DNA of 62,684 nt, filler included, from Aduncisulcus paluster (GCA_024181965.1; 5 parts of 5 records of this genome joined end to end with filler, not necessarily neighbours in it), one strand, 5' to 3'. Positions 43,847 through 56,714 are shown, counted from the whole stretch's first letter. The notes: generated by a model not told the origin, from the letters alone. A program made the numbers and translations.

Positions 43847-45199
43847 TTAATCGACTTCATCGATAATTAACTCAAGCTGTTCAACTTCATTTTCGTCGTA
43901 AAAATCATTTGTTTCAAGAATAAGACTATTTATAAACTTCTCTAAATCAACATCATTTCCACCGGATTCCATATCATCTTCATCGTAGGAATCAAGTTCA
44001 CTCAACAACAAATAATCAATATATTTATCCAAAAATGAATAAAAATCAACACCTTCCATATATTCGGCTAACTCATCATAAATATCTTCAAGGTCCATAA
44101 TAAAAATATCATAGACATCTTCGGCATAAGTATACTCAAGCTGTTCTTGGTAAATAATTCTAAAAAGAATATCAACCAATTCCTGCAAACTTCCATTGAA
44201 TTCATTGATCTCTTCGAGAGTCAAATCATTCCAATCATGCTCAGAATTAGAAATATTATCATAAAATAAAGCCATGTGTTGTTTAAGGGAGTCAATATCA
44301 TCGTTCACAAGAGCTTGAAGCAACGAATCGGATAACTCATGTAATTTTTCCAAAGAAGTATCTTTCCAGAAATCACTCGACTCGTGAAAATGTGAATAAA
44401 ACGGTCCCATAAGAGAAAAATGATCATAAACAACATCCTCCGACAGTTGTTGAATCCGGTTATCGATTCCAGATTCAAACATTTCATTCACCAGGGATTT
44501 TAGGAACATTAAAGTCGGTAATCCCCCTGGAACTTCATTAGAAGTGGTTGACTCAAGAATACATTCAAAAACAGGGGCGAAAAGATCGAATAATTCTAGG
44601 AGAGATTCTAAGATGGAATCGAAAGAATCAACCAGGTCTTTAAAACATTCTTCAAGTTGAATCTTAACAGTTTCTTCTGAGATCTCAAATATATTTGAAA
44701 GAATTGATTCGATTGAACCAACTTCCTCGAAGAAGCGGCCAAGAATATATTGGAATCGAATCCCTGAAAAGATATCATCAGAATAACCAGATTCATACCA
44801 TAAAATGTATGATATATCATTAGGATATTCAAAATATGAATCAATAATTGAATCAAAATCGGTAGAACAAGATTCAAAAATGGTACGAAGGCGAGATACT
44901 TCTTGGGTTATGTTTGCGGAAATAGTTTCACGATCAATGGTTACATCACTCATAAAGGAATCTAACCATGAAATTATTGGCCTAATAATATCAATATCTG
45001 ATTTGAAAAACCAATTCACGAGCTCATACATATGGGGACTGTGTTCAGCTGCACAAGTTGTTAAAACTTCAATATCATCCCATTCTAAAGAAATAAATTC
45101 AGAAAAATCACTTATTTGTTTCGGTATTTGGAGAAGAGGGAAACAAAAAAGGCATGGGAGAACAACAGCAAGGAGAGATAAAATTAACAATGATCTCAT
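43847..45199 (-). CDS. Secreted, very acidic helical hypothetical protein
   Basis: 450-aa ORF with signal-peptide-like MRSLLILSLLAVVLPCLFC and a D/E/L/F-rich body. Confidence 0.8.
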   Translation of the reverse strand: MRSLLILSLLAVVLPCLFCFPLLQIPKQISDFSEFISLEWDDIEVLTTCAAEHSPHMYELVNWFFKSDIDIIRPIISWLDSFMSDVTIDRETISANITQEVSRLRTIFESCSTDFDSIIDSYFEYPNDISYILWYESGYSDDIFSGIRFQYILGRFFEEVGSIESILSNIFEISEETVKIQLEECFKDLVDSFDSILESLLELFDLFAPVFECILESTTSNEVPGGLPTLMFLKSLVNEMFESGIDNRIQQLSEDVVYDHFSLMGPFYSHFHESSDFWKDTSLEKLHELSDSLLQALVNDDIDSLKQHMALFYDNISNSEHDWNDLTLEEINEFNGSLQELVDILFRIIYQEQLEYTYAEDVYDIFIMDLEDIYDELAEYMEGVDFYSFLDKYIDYLLLSELDSYDEDDMESGGNDVDLEKFINSLILETNDFYDENEVEQLELIIDEVD

Positions 45200-45785
45200 T
45201 AAAAATATACTTCAAAAAATTGACTGTGACAAAAAGATAAAAGTCGGGAACAAAAATCAAGATCCCACCTGATGTCAGGAGACAAACTGAAGTCAGCCTG
45301 ACGGTCCATGACAATATCAGCAAAATAAGGCCTACAAAATTTAATCAACGACTAAACACAATAATAATTCATGATTTTCAAGAATAATATGGAAAAATAT
45401 TTTCTATTGTACGAAAGAATAAACGTCAAAAACCGATCTTAGGGGGTACTACATTGAGAAGGTCTCAGGTGGATACAACAAGATAAACAATCTCTTTTCA
45501 TTCAAAAAATTAATTTTGATTGTTGTTGACAATAACCATTGAGGGCTAATTTTTTATGTCTTCAAATAATAATAAAATACCTTATTAAAACGGATAAAAT
45601 ATAAATTGTAGAAAATCGATGGAACTATCAATGTAAGATATTCATTGTATATCAAGGTACCATCCTCTATGCAAATTGTGTGTCTTGACTACAAATTCCG
45701 CAATTTATCAACTTTTTAAGGATTATTATTTATTTTATTTATCAATATTTTTTGATTTAAACAGTTATAATAGGTATATTTTATC

Positions 45786-48700
45786 ATGAAAGAAATCAAA
45801 ACACAAAATTCACGTTCCCTGGATCAGGGTCCAAATCCACTAGATCTAGAATTATGTAAGGCCTGTTATTTAGGTGACTTTTCCAAAACAACCGAATTAT
45901 TGAGAGAAGGAGCGTCAATTCAATATGTCGATGATAATTCTCTTGTAAAATGTCCAGATCTTGATAATACAGAATCTAAAGGATTTGATGCGTTATTATT
46001 TGCTGCATATTCGCCCTATCCAGGTGCCACTGATTGTATTTCTATTTTAATTGGAAGTGGAGCTAATGTATCCCGTTCTGTTGGATCTCTTGGATATTCT
46101 GCAATTCACTATGCTGTAAAACGTCAAAATTTTGCAACTACAAGGCTTCTTTTCCATGCTGGCTGTTCTCCTATTATAGCATCCCCTATAACTGGTGAAA
46201 CACCCCTCCATATTGCCTGTTCTTATGGATATAATGAGATTTTGGCTCTTTTACTTGCTCACTCACAGTATTTAAATATATTTAGTAAGCGAGATCATCA
46301 AACCCCTCTCCATCGTGCATGTGCTGGTGGCCACCTCGCCTGCGTAAAGTTGCTCCTTCAAAGTGGGGCCAGTGTGAATGTCGCAGATTCAAATGATAAC
46401 ACCCCCCTTCATACGGCTGCCTGGTTCAATCATCGTGACATTGTTGAATATCTTATCACCGAATGTAAAATTCCCGCAGATTACCGTGTTAATCCGTCAA
46501 ATTCTACTCCCCTTGCATTAGCTTGCTTGAATCATTCTGCTGAGTGTGTTTCCTGTCTCTTAGCCCACGGAGCCAGAGTATTGAGTCCCTCTTGGAGTTC
46601 AGATGGTATGGGAAGTCTGCACACATGTGCTCAGAGCGTTGGTTTCTTCAGGCGGATGATTCAACGGAGGAAATCAAAAATCGGTGCGAAAGAGGAAGAA
46701 GAAGATAGAGAAGAAAGAAGTACCAGTATCATGAAAATGCTTAGATTGGCAACCGTCATCCAAATGGGACTTCTCGAAGCACTAATAATAGAACAACTTC
46801 GTGAAGGAGTCATTGGGTGTGTTAATGAGGTCTATAAATATCGTATGTCTTTGGAGGCAGAAGATTATCGGTGTAGAATTTTAGAGGAAAGAAAACTTCG
46901 GAAAAAGATGGAATTAATTGAAAAGAAGGACAAAGAAGACGGACAGTCCACCGAAGCGAGTGGTCGTAATTTTAAAAAGGGATTTAAACTCATGTTTTCA
47001 CCGACTACCAAGCCACGAATTCATACATCAGTTTCGTCAATTGATCGTCGCACCTCATCTTCAGTTTCTTCTGATAGCACCCCTATTTCTAATCTATCCG
47101 ATGTTGAATTATTCTTTTCCAAATGTCCACCGTCAATTCTAACAATCTCTTTCCCGTCATTATCCAATCCTTCCCCTTTCTTCGAGTGGACTCCCCATAT
47201 CCACCTTCCCTCGCCTCCCACTCCACTCTCACTCATATTTACAGGCATACTATGCGGATCTTTATCCATACCTGCGCTATATTTGGATACAATGAGAAAT
47301 TCATCATCTATAAATAGTCATGTATCAAGAGAAGGAGAAACAACGAAAGAATCTCATCAAGGTGATGATATTCCATCTGCTCTCTCCTCTCCTCTTCACG
47401 AAGCATGTTTTTGTCAACCATCGCACTATTCTTCCTCTGTAATCCATTCCCCTCTCTCTCCTTTCGCTTCCCAAACACACTTGATAATGTCAGGGAGGAT
47501 TGTTGAACCTGAAATTGTCAAGCCAATGGAAAAATCATTAAAGGAGAAAAGAGAATTATCAAGTTCCTCGGAATCTTCTTCTTTCACCGTGCCAATGTCT
47601 CATGTTCTTTTAAAATCTGATGTGTTGAATGAGAAACTGGTTCTAAAAATAGTAACAGAGCGTCTTAAATCAGAATGGAGTTCATTGATGTCCGGTCAAC
47701 TGTCTTTTTCACCTGTCGCTGAACGTGGTGAAGAAAGTACCATTGAAGGCAGCAATCGAGATGAGCAACCAGATATCATTGGTCCTCCCTCTCCCTCTTT
47801 GATGAGTGATGTTTCTCAATGGTATACTTGGATTGCACAGCAACATTTCTCATTCTCCTCTTCTATCTCTTGTCTCTCTCCACTCTCCTCTACATTACCC
47901 TCAACCCTCTCCCTCTTTTCTCTCTTGCTTTATATTACAAATCCCATTGAGGTCATCCGACTTGTCCACAACTGCCTCCATGGTGCACCCCATACATCCA
48001 TGGCTTCTGTTTCTTCTCCACCTAGAACACCTTTAGAAAGTGGAGAAGACAAAAGATATTCAACAATGCATGCACAGCCCAAAAGACATCTGCAAGACGC
48101 TACGCCTAGTCCTGCTCCATGTGGAAAAGGGACAGAACAAGAAGATAATAATGAGGAGGGACATATTCCTCAGGGTAGAGATCTTGACGCGGGTGATATT
48201 GAATTTCTTCAGAAAATATCTCATGAAAAATGGTTCCAACAGTGGGTTTTTGATGGGCATTTATCATCTTATCAGGATTCAGAAAGATCAGAGAGTTCAA
48301 GAATGCCGGAAACACATCGTTACGGAAGAGCAGAAGCTGAAGAAACAGATATGTCATTTATTCGGAAGATACAAACCCCTTTAATGACATTTAGGTTACC
48401 AATCACACCACCTGTTCCTATCTTGCCCTTATCATATATTATTTCCCATATTCCTATGCTCTTATCTGCTTATCTCCCCCCCTTTTCACTCCCTCCTCTC
48501 GCGTCTCCATTCATATCTCGTGTTGATGGCTGTTCTCCTGCTCATGCGTGTGCTTTTAGTGACAACGAACGTGAGCTGCGTGTGTGTGTGCACGAAGGAG
48601 GGTGGAAATGTATCATTGGTGGGTGGGAGAAAGAGAAAGAAGAGAGAGAGAGGTTATCATGTTGTCATGCGTCTACTTCAGATAAATCTCCAAAAATCAA

Positions 48701-51375
48701 GAGTAAGATTGGATTTGCTCTTGAATGCGTCACAAAACCTCAATCTTTGTCATATTCTCCTTCCTTGATTCCATCTATTCAAGCTTACTATTCCTCTCTT
48801 GTCTCGAATGCCGGAAAACAATTAATTTCCTCATGCAAACATCTTGAGAAACTTGGGGATATATTTATTCCACCAAACTTATTACACCCATCATTCCAGC
48901 ATCCCCCTTCTTCCTCACATCCACATTTTATATCGTCCCATGTTGATGCCAGGGGAGACACTCCTCTTTCTGTTGCTGTTCGGTGCGGTTCTCTTCACTC
49001 TCTATTCCTTTTCTTAGTCGAGGGAGGTTGCATATGTTCGTGCGGAAAAGAGAGAGACAGTGTGTTTTCACATTATTGGGAAGAGAAGCAAGAAGAGAGA
49101 GAGCGAATGATGGACGTTAGAGAAGAAGAGGAGGAGAGGGAGGAGCTTCGTATTCTTCGAGAAAGAGGAGAGAGAGAGAGCAGGAAGGAAAGAGAGAGGA
49201 GAGATGACAAACACCATGAAAGGAACTTAAGGGAAAGGAAGAGGAAGAGAAGAAGAAGAGAGAGAGAAAGAGAGAGAGAAGAGGCCGAAATAGCTTATCT
49301 GAAATCCTGCCAAGGCGTATGTTGGGATCTCGATGTATTTCTCAGATCTATTTATAGAACTCAAAGACAAGAAGAAAGAGAGAGGAGGCACAAATGGACG
49401 CAATGGGAACGTCGTCAAGAGAAAGAAGAGAAAGAACTTTGTGGAGATACATCTTCTATGGGTTATGAAGGCAATCTCAGTGATATACTAACTGGAGAGT
49501 CTTCTATCATTGCTTCTGAAGACTATCAATATGGTTCAGACACTGACGATATCTACCGTTTAACTGAACTTATTGAGGATATTGAATTTGAAGAAGAGTC
49601 AAATTCAATATCATACGATGCTGAAGATGAAAATAAGGCTGAGTTGTTTGGGTCGGATTCGACTGGATTTCTTGATGTTCTTCCTTCATTTGAGGCTCTA
49701 CACCAAGATTCTGGGAAAAGACGTTGTATTTGTACGCTATCTTCCAAGAATTATGACGGAGAAACTCTACAAGCGATCATTGAATCCCAAGGTGGCGATA
49801 TGATGCAAAAAATACAAATGATGATAAAAGAAAGAAGACAAATCACCAAGGAAATGCATCGGAGGAGAGCAGAAGGGTTGAGAACAAGAAAAAAAATACT
49901 TGAAGAGAGGAGAAATCAACTTTTGCAAGAAAAGAAACAGAAGCAAGAAATTGAAGAAGAGAGGGAGAGGGAGAAAGAGAGGGAACAAAAAGAGGAGCTT
50001 ATACAAGAACAAGTCGTCAAAGATAGTCAACAATCTATGCTTCATTCGGGCGAACTTTCTCAAGATTCTGAGAAACATATTATAACATCATCCACAGCTA
50101 TTTCCAGAGACATTGTTGTTAAACCTGATAAAGACCCTGTTAAAGAATCTGTTAATGGTGGAATTAATCAGAGTTCTGATGAGTATGGAGAATTAGAGGA
50201 AGTATCGGAACCCTCTCAGTCTTCTGATCAAAAGGAAGAGGAAGAGGAAGAGAAAGAGGAAGAGAAAGAGGAAGAGAAAGAGGAAGAACGAAAAGGGAAA
50301 GAGAAAGAGGAAGAGGAAGAGGAAGAGGAAGATAAGAGAATTATTTTGAGTGACAATCTCACTGAAGATAAAATAGATGAAAATAGAGATAAAGAGAGTT
50401 CAATAATTGAACTTGAATCTGATAAGAAAGAAGCAAAAAATCTAAATTTAGACCATAAGGAATCTTCTGCCATTGTCCAAACACATGATAATGACACTCT
50501 TCAAGAACACCCAAAAGCACCCTCTACAAATATATCTGTGTCCAAAGATCTCTCTTCTCAAACAGCACCAGGACTTGTTCATCCCACTGCTGGCAAGGAT
50601 GATATAGCTGTACTAGACTCACATCTAACAGACTCACATCTAATAATAGAAGAAGAACAGCCTTGTGGTAGAGATCTTGATGTTCCTGCCATTGTTGCCG
50701 AACAACTCTCAGATCCGTCTGCTACGGTTCCTTCGCCTCTTCCGTCACTTTTATCGACTCTTGCCGATGCAGAGAAAAGTGACGAAGAGAGCGAGATTAA
50801 TAGAGCTCAGAAAAGAGAAGAAACCATCCAGAAAAAACGTATGATCGAGGAAGAAGTGTTGAAAGGGGAAGAAGCCAGGATACAAGGTTTGTATGGAACA
50901 GAGACAGACAAAGCATCAGCTAACAACCAACAGGATGAAGCCACTCTCCAGAATGGAGAAGAAGAAGAAGAAGAAGAGGAGGAGGAGGAGGAGGACGGAG
51001 GTGAGGAACTCTTCTTACCTACCGTGACCCATACACAATATGTTACTTCACTTCTGAGCGATAATCGTCTGAGATCTCATAGCTGGAAAGTGGGTGTTCC
51101 ATGCGGATGTTTCTGTGTATCCGACTTTGGTACTGAGATATTTGCTGTTACTTCACCTCGAATGGATCATTCTTACCCTTCCTCTGGCTCTAAATCCTTT
51201 ACGTCACTCCATCCTCTTCCTGGATGGAAGAAATCGTGTGCTGTATTGTCGCTTCCTGTTCCAACGTATCCCATCCCTCTCGAGCCTGAACCACCCAGTG
51301 CATCCTTCAACAACCCTTTATATCACCTTGGACTGAAGATATCGCACCCTGTCTCCATGGCGTATGATGGGTATG
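45786..51375 (+). CDS. Large ankyrin-repeat protein, truncated at contig end
   Basis: GYSAIHYAV, GETPLHIAC, QTPLHRAC, DNTPLHTAA, NSTPLALAC repeats; later DGCSPAHACA and RGDTPLSVAV; long E/R/K and S/P low-complexity tracts. Confidence 0.88.
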
Positions 51376-51475
51376 NNNNNNNNNNNNNNNNNNNNNNNNN
51401 NNNNNNNNNNNNNNNNNNNTTAATTAATTAANNNNNNNNNNNNNNNNNNNNNNNNNNNNNNNNNNNNNNNNNNNN
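51376..51475. other. Artificial contig linker
   Basis: Same N/TTAATTAATTAA linker. Confidence 0.97.
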
Positions 51476-51825
51476 CACGGTTGGCCCTCATCATTATCAC
51501 AACACGGTTGGCACTATCTTCACACATTATCGCTACAACGATATACCCTATCACAACACAGCGGGTAAGATGTGCACACGCAATCGCTTCAACGATACTC
51601 TATTTCACGGTCGCTGTCACACTGTCAGCCACACACACGCTGACCACGGTTTCAAGATCGACTTTCACTCGACACACATTTTAACATTGTTACATACCCT
51701 AATTATATGGTATAATGGGGTCCACCTTTGGGTGTTTCTCATATTCTATTTATAGATCATCGATCCGAACCTTTATTTCAATAAATTCGTAGCATTCAAT
51801 ACATTATTGATCAATAATTCAGTGG

Positions 51826-54800
51826 ATGTTAAGTGAACAATTCGTTAAACCACCTATGTTGTTTAAATTTGGAGCGTTTTACTTCCAAAAGTTCAGAGAA
51901 CGCTTCGACAGTTATCGAGCTCTTGGGGGAACCGCCCCACTTGTCGTCCTCATCCAACCAGACATAAGGACTATTTATGAGAATGTGTGCGACTGCCTAC
52001 TCCCTGAATCTGAAGTTTCCGATGGTGCCGGATGTGAAGAAGAGGAACGGAGTTTCTTGAAGTCTGTCTCCGATTATTTCGGGAAAAAGTCCGCCCTGGA
52101 CACTTTATACCGTCTGGACACCGTTAAACTTTTTACTATCTCGACCGAGCAAGTGACCAATTACTGCAAGCGTTATCGTGAGGCTCTGCGCCTGATGGAC
52201 CCAGATGATGAGATCTCTGGTGACGTCCTCTATTCACACTTCATGCGGGGTATCAAGCACCCCAAATTCCGTATTCGCATGGAAGCAGCATTACAGGGAG
52301 AGGAAAAGACGATATCCACGTTTATTAAGGTGATCTACCGCCAACTGGCGATCGTCCTCGAGACGAGAGAGGATGCACGGGGATATGAAGAGCATGAGAA
52401 GAAGTATCCTAACAAGAAAGGGGCTGGCGGTGAACGCACCAAAGAAATCAAGGATGACCAGGCGAGAAGGAAGAATGTACGAGATCAGCTTAGTAGGAGG
52501 AGAACCTTCTCCGATAAACGGAGTCGTGGCTGCTATATCTGTGGTGAAGTAGGCCATATCGCACGGAACTGTCCAAATTCAACACCTGATTCCTCAAAAA
52601 GAAGGTATTCTTTGAAGGCAGCAACATCCAAGAAGGAGTCTGACGAAAAGCGCGTCAGTAAACCCGATTCTCCCTATTTGCATACTTTGGTATGGTTCGA
52701 ATCCATAAAGGAAGCGTCGACGTTAGTAACTTTATTGGATACGGGTGCTCAAGTCAATATTATCTCGGAGGATGTACTTTGTCGATTATCTGGATTTTCT
52801 GAAGAATATCTGGAAGAAACAAATGAATGTTTGGAATTGGCGGACGGAACTGAACTCAGGGTCCGACACAAATGTAAACTGAACTTACAGATGCCGGAAA
52901 ACAAACATGGAAGGAAATTACACTTTTCTTTCGAAGCTTGGGTCATGAGGACTAATCCTCGAGTACCCCATGGATTAATATTAGGATACCCCCTAATTTC
53001 GGAGATCGATCTATTCGACTATCTCAGACGACCGATTCCAGCGACCTATATGACGTTTTATGACGTTGGTCTGGAGGAATTATTACTCTCCAACAGAAGG
53101 GATGTGGGAGAAACGAAATTGGATATTTATCATGGGTTTAGGGTGAATAGTGAATTTCTGGATGAGGTAACACCTATATTGAAGGATTTTCTCCAACACT
53201 TTGAAGAAGGGGAGAAGAAATTGTTACCGGAACTGAAGATTAAACTGAAGGAGGGCTGCGACTTCAAGACTAAGCAGTTACGTCGGACGCCTTTCAAGTA
53301 CAGAAGCTTTATTAGGGAGGAGATTAAAGAATTGGTTGCATCCGGGGTCATAGATGAAAGTGATAATCCTTTTTTCAGCCCCTTGGTGATCGTCCCTAAG
53401 AAGGAAGGAAAGCTTAGAATGTGTGTAGATTATAGGGAGTTGAATTCCATCACCATCCCTTACCGTCACCCACTCCCACGCATTGATGATTGTATCGAGG
53501 CTTTAGATGGGCAAAAGCTATTCGCTTGTTTAGATCTGTCAAAGGGTTTTCATCATGTACCCATCGCCAGGGATAGTACTGCATTAACTGCTTTCTGTAC
53601 TCCTTTCGGCCAGTATGAATACTTGTTTATGCCTTTTGGCCTCGTAAATGCCCCGTCCCACTTTCAATTTTGTATGAATAGGGTTTTTGAGGGCCTGATA
53701 GGACGGTGTTGTGTGGTATACATTGATGACGTCCTTATTTTTGGAAAGGATATTGGATCTTTATTGGAGAATCTCAAAAAAGTACTCGACAGAATTCGGG
53801 AATGGAACCTGCACATAAATATTCCGAAGTGTATAATCGGAGCTGAATCAATTGAGTTTCTTGGTTTCTCAATTTCCCGCCTCGGTCGGAGGGTGCTGGA
53901 TCGAAGGATTAAAGGCATTGTGTCTCTTAAGGCCCCGACGAACAAATCGGAAATGCGGAGTTTCCTGGGTCTCGTAAATTTCGTCAGAGATTTCGTTCCG
54001 AGATGTGCCACGTTATGTGCTCCTCTTTACGAACTTACGGAAAAGGAAAGAGATTTTGAGTGGGATAAAAACGCTCAAGAAGTTTTTGATCTGGTAAAAG
54101 ATGCCCTCAAAGATTCGGTAACTCTAGATTTTATTTCCGAAGATGCAGAACTGAGCGTCTTTACTGACGCCTCCGATTTCGGCATAGGGGCAGTATTAAT
54201 CCAGAAAAGACAAGGAAGATGTACCCCAGTGGCCTTCATCTCTAAGGCATTAAATGTAACTCAGCGTCGCTGGAGTGTTTATGAGAAAGAAGCATGGTCC
54301 ATTGTATATGCTATCAAGAAATGGGATTGCTTTTTGAGAGGCCGGGAGTTCACCATTTTCACAGACCATAAGAATCTAACATATATTGAGAAGTCGGAAA
54401 ATGCCAAGGTGATCCGTTGGTTTTTGCTCCTCCAAGGTTATCGGTATAAAATCGTTCACGTCTCCGGAAAGAAAAACGGGGCCGCTGATGCTTTATCTCG
54501 ACTAATTTCCGCGTTCAGTGCTTCCGCTGCTTCACTTAGGAGAAAATTTGATCAAGAGAACGAAGTCATAAAGAAAGTTAGAGAAGTTCAGGCCGAGAAG
54601 ATAACCGATGAGCTTAAGAAAGAACTGAAGCTAGATAAAAATGGCATCTGGGAAAGAGATGACGAAACAGTATGGATTCCGGAAGACGAAGATCTCCATA
54701 ATACCCTGATCGAACAAGCCCACTCCAGTTTCATTGGGGGCCATAAAGGGATTAACGCGACATTGAAAAGACTCAAGAAGTGGAGAATAGGATGGAAGGG

Positions 54801-54927
54801 GATGAGGAGAGATATCAGTGCGTTTATTAAGGCTTGTCTAATCTGTCAGCGCGAACGGCTGACGTTCAAGGCTTTATCAAGTGAAGGTTCCACTTTTGTC
54901 GACCAACCCTTCTACGTCATGAATTGA
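51826..54927 (+). CDS. Gag-Pol polyprotein (single frame), ends just after the integrase zinc-binding domain
   Basis: CYICGEVGHIARNC knuckle, LLDTGAQVN protease, RMCVDYRELN / MPFGLVNAP / YIDDVLIF RT, TDASDFGIGAVL RNase H, AH...GHKG...CLIC integrase HHCC. Confidence 0.93.
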   Translation: MLSEQFVKPPMLFKFGAFYFQKFRERFDSYRALGGTAPLVVLIQPDIRTIYENVCDCLLPESEVSDGAGCEEEERSFLKSVSDYFGKKSALDTLYRLDTVKLFTISTEQVTNYCKRYREALRLMDPDDEISGDVLYSHFMRGIKHPKFRIRMEAALQGEEKTISTFIKVIYRQLAIVLETREDARGYEEHEKKYPNKKGAGGERTKEIKDDQARRKNVRDQLSRRRTFSDKRSRGCYICGEVGHIARNCPNSTPDSSKRRYSLKAATSKKESDEKRVSKPDSPYLHTLVWFESIKEASTLVTLLDTGAQVNIISEDVLCRLSGFSEEYLEETNECLELADGTELRVRHKCKLNLQMPENKHGRKLHFSFEAWVMRTNPRVPHGLILGYPLISEIDLFDYLRRPIPATYMTFYDVGLEELLLSNRRDVGETKLDIYHGFRVNSEFLDEVTPILKDFLQHFEEGEKKLLPELKIKLKEGCDFKTKQLRRTPFKYRSFIREEIKELVASGVIDESDNPFFSPLVIVPKKEGKLRMCVDYRELNSITIPYRHPLPRIDDCIEALDGQKLFACLDLSKGFHHVPIARDSTALTAFCTPFGQYEYLFMPFGLVNAPSHFQFCMNRVFEGLIGRCCVVYIDDVLIFGKDIGSLLENLKKVLDRIREWNLHINIPKCIIGAESIEFLGFSISRLGRRVLDRRIKGIVSLKAPTNKSEMRSFLGLVNFVRDFVPRCATLCAPLYELTEKERDFEWDKNAQEVFDLVKDALKDSVTLDFISEDAELSVFTDASDFGIGAVLIQKRQGRCTPVAFISKALNVTQRRWSVYEKEAWSIVYAIKKWDCFLRGREFTIFTDHKNLTYIEKSENAKVIRWFLLLQGYRYKIVHVSGKKNGAADALSRLISAFSASAASLRRKFDQENEVIKKVREVQAEKITDELKKELKLDKNGIWERDDETVWIPEDEDLHNTLIEQAHSSFIGGHKGINATLKRLKKWRIGWKGMRRDISAFIKACLICQRERLTFKALSSEGSTFVDQPFYVMN

Positions 54928-55145
54928 AGAAACTTGCTGCTTCTGCGGAAGGAGAATTCGTTATCGAAGCGATAGTCGACCACAAGGGTGACACTCGTGA
55001 AAACCTACAATTTCAGGTCCAATGGTTTGGTTATGACCCGAGTGAAAATACGTGGGAATATCTGTGGAACGTTAGGGATTCTATTGCTTTGGAGAAATAT
55101 CTTGAAGACCATCAAGAGGTCGGTGAGATGCTGGAGGATAAGTAA
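54924..55145 (+). pseudogene. Out-of-frame chromodomain from the integrase C-terminus
   Basis: EFVIEAIVDHKG...LQFQVQWFGYDPSENTWEYLWNV is a canonical chromodomain pattern. Confidence 0.9.
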
Positions 55146-56485
55146 GATTAGAGAAAATGATGTTTTTTCTAATAAAGATTATTAATAGTTGACGTTTTAA
55201 GTTAGAATGTTTTATTGCTGAAATCAATTTATCTCAGGAATGGAGTTTTCAGCCGCAAACTGGGGACAATATTTTAAAAATTTTTAATTTTAGGTGAGAT
55301 CGCTCGAAGAGACGATCGAACTAGGAAAATTTTATATTACCAGGACATATGAAGTCCATTTTAGACCATTTTAACGGAAAATTAAAACAAAAACAGCTGA
55401 TAACGAAATAACGATTAAACTCAAGAAGTAAGAGTCGTTTAGTCTTAATGTGATGAATTAAGAAAATTTTGGAGTATTGGCATCCTCGAAACGTCAGTAG
55501 GAAGGCATAAAAGAGCGATTTCAGCCGAATAGAAATAAGCAAAATCAGAAAAAAAGAAATAGGAAAATAATATTAATATAATGAGGATAAGTAGAAAGAA
55601 CAAGAAAAATTATGGAACTTACGACGATTTTTATCGATTTTTACGCTATATACGGAAGAAAATCAAGCAAAACTTGGAAAAAATTAGGTTTCGAGAATAT
55701 TATCAATTTATTAAGGTTTTCTTGAACAAATCTTTTATAAAAATGATTTAAAAGAATATATCTCCTTTTATTTCATTCCTCAATACGGGAACTGTCTAAT
55801 AACAAGAAATTTTTTTCATATCGAGAGAAATACTCGACAGATTTCGCTATAAAAACAATATTATTTATGATATTACAAGAAAATATTATTGCATAAAAGA
55901 AACGTTCAAAAATTTTATTAATCCATGGTGAGGCAGGAAAAATGAGATCTCGAAAGATCAAGAAGGGGTTGAGACCGAAAATCGTAGTTTTATTGTATAA
56001 AAATGTATTAAATCAACAATCTTATTGTATTCAGAATTATATTTTTGAATTTTGCGAAAAATGATGAACCCCGAGTCAAAAGTGAAAAAATACCTAAAAA
56101 TAGAAATTTACAAAATTTTATATGAAATAATTCTATTAATTAATTTCAACAAAATCTTGAATAATAGCGCTGTGGTGACCCCACCTGAAACTTTTATCGC
56201 ATATATATTTCTATAACAATAATTCTTTCTATTATTATTTATTTGGATTATGTTTATTTATGATATTTATTTTATATTTTATTTAACATGATTCGACATG
56301 TAATTGATTCTCACGGAATCAATCCGATCTTCTTCAAACTAATAAACTTGCTTCCTTCTGTGGTGAATAACAATAAAAATACTTTCGGCTGTAGCAAATT
56401 TACTTTAATAGACTTCAATGGTCATAATGCTTGTCATGTCATCCCTCATGACAAGCTACAGTACCTTACAGTACGTTAATAAAAT

Positions 56486-56558
56486 ACATCTCCTGGGACT
56501 TGAACCCAGGACTAGCAGTACAGCAGACAGCTGCCATACCAACTAAACCATATATGAC
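56486..56558 (-). pseudogene. tRNA-like sequence (tRNA pseudogene or tRNA-derived SINE head)
   Basis: A box TGGTTTAGTTGG and perfect T arm CCTGGG-TTCAAGT-CCCAGG at tRNA spacing; weak GCAG-CTGTCTG-CTGT arm (GTC?); acceptor stem poorly paired. Confidence 0.6.
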
Positions 56559-56714
56559 ATTTTAATATTTTCATGATTGGATATCTAAAGGTGATCACCA
56601 CACCCGGCCTTCTTTAATAAGAAAGCAATAACTAAACAGGTGAGCACTTAATTAAACAAAACAAATTAGTAACCATCATATCCGATAATAAAACGTCATA
56701 ATACTCCTTAACCT

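Larger units (their letters stand above)
51826..55145 (+). mobile_element. Ty3/gypsy chromodomain-bearing LTR retrotransposon (internal region), integrase core deleted
   Basis: Domain order gag-PR-RT-RH-IN(Zn)-chromodomain. No LTR pair could be identified within the contig. Confidence 0.92.

Noticed and set aside
55146-56714. 3' LTR and polypurine tract of the Ty3/gypsy element
   Set aside because: No repeat of the 5' flank was found by eye, so boundaries cannot be supported.
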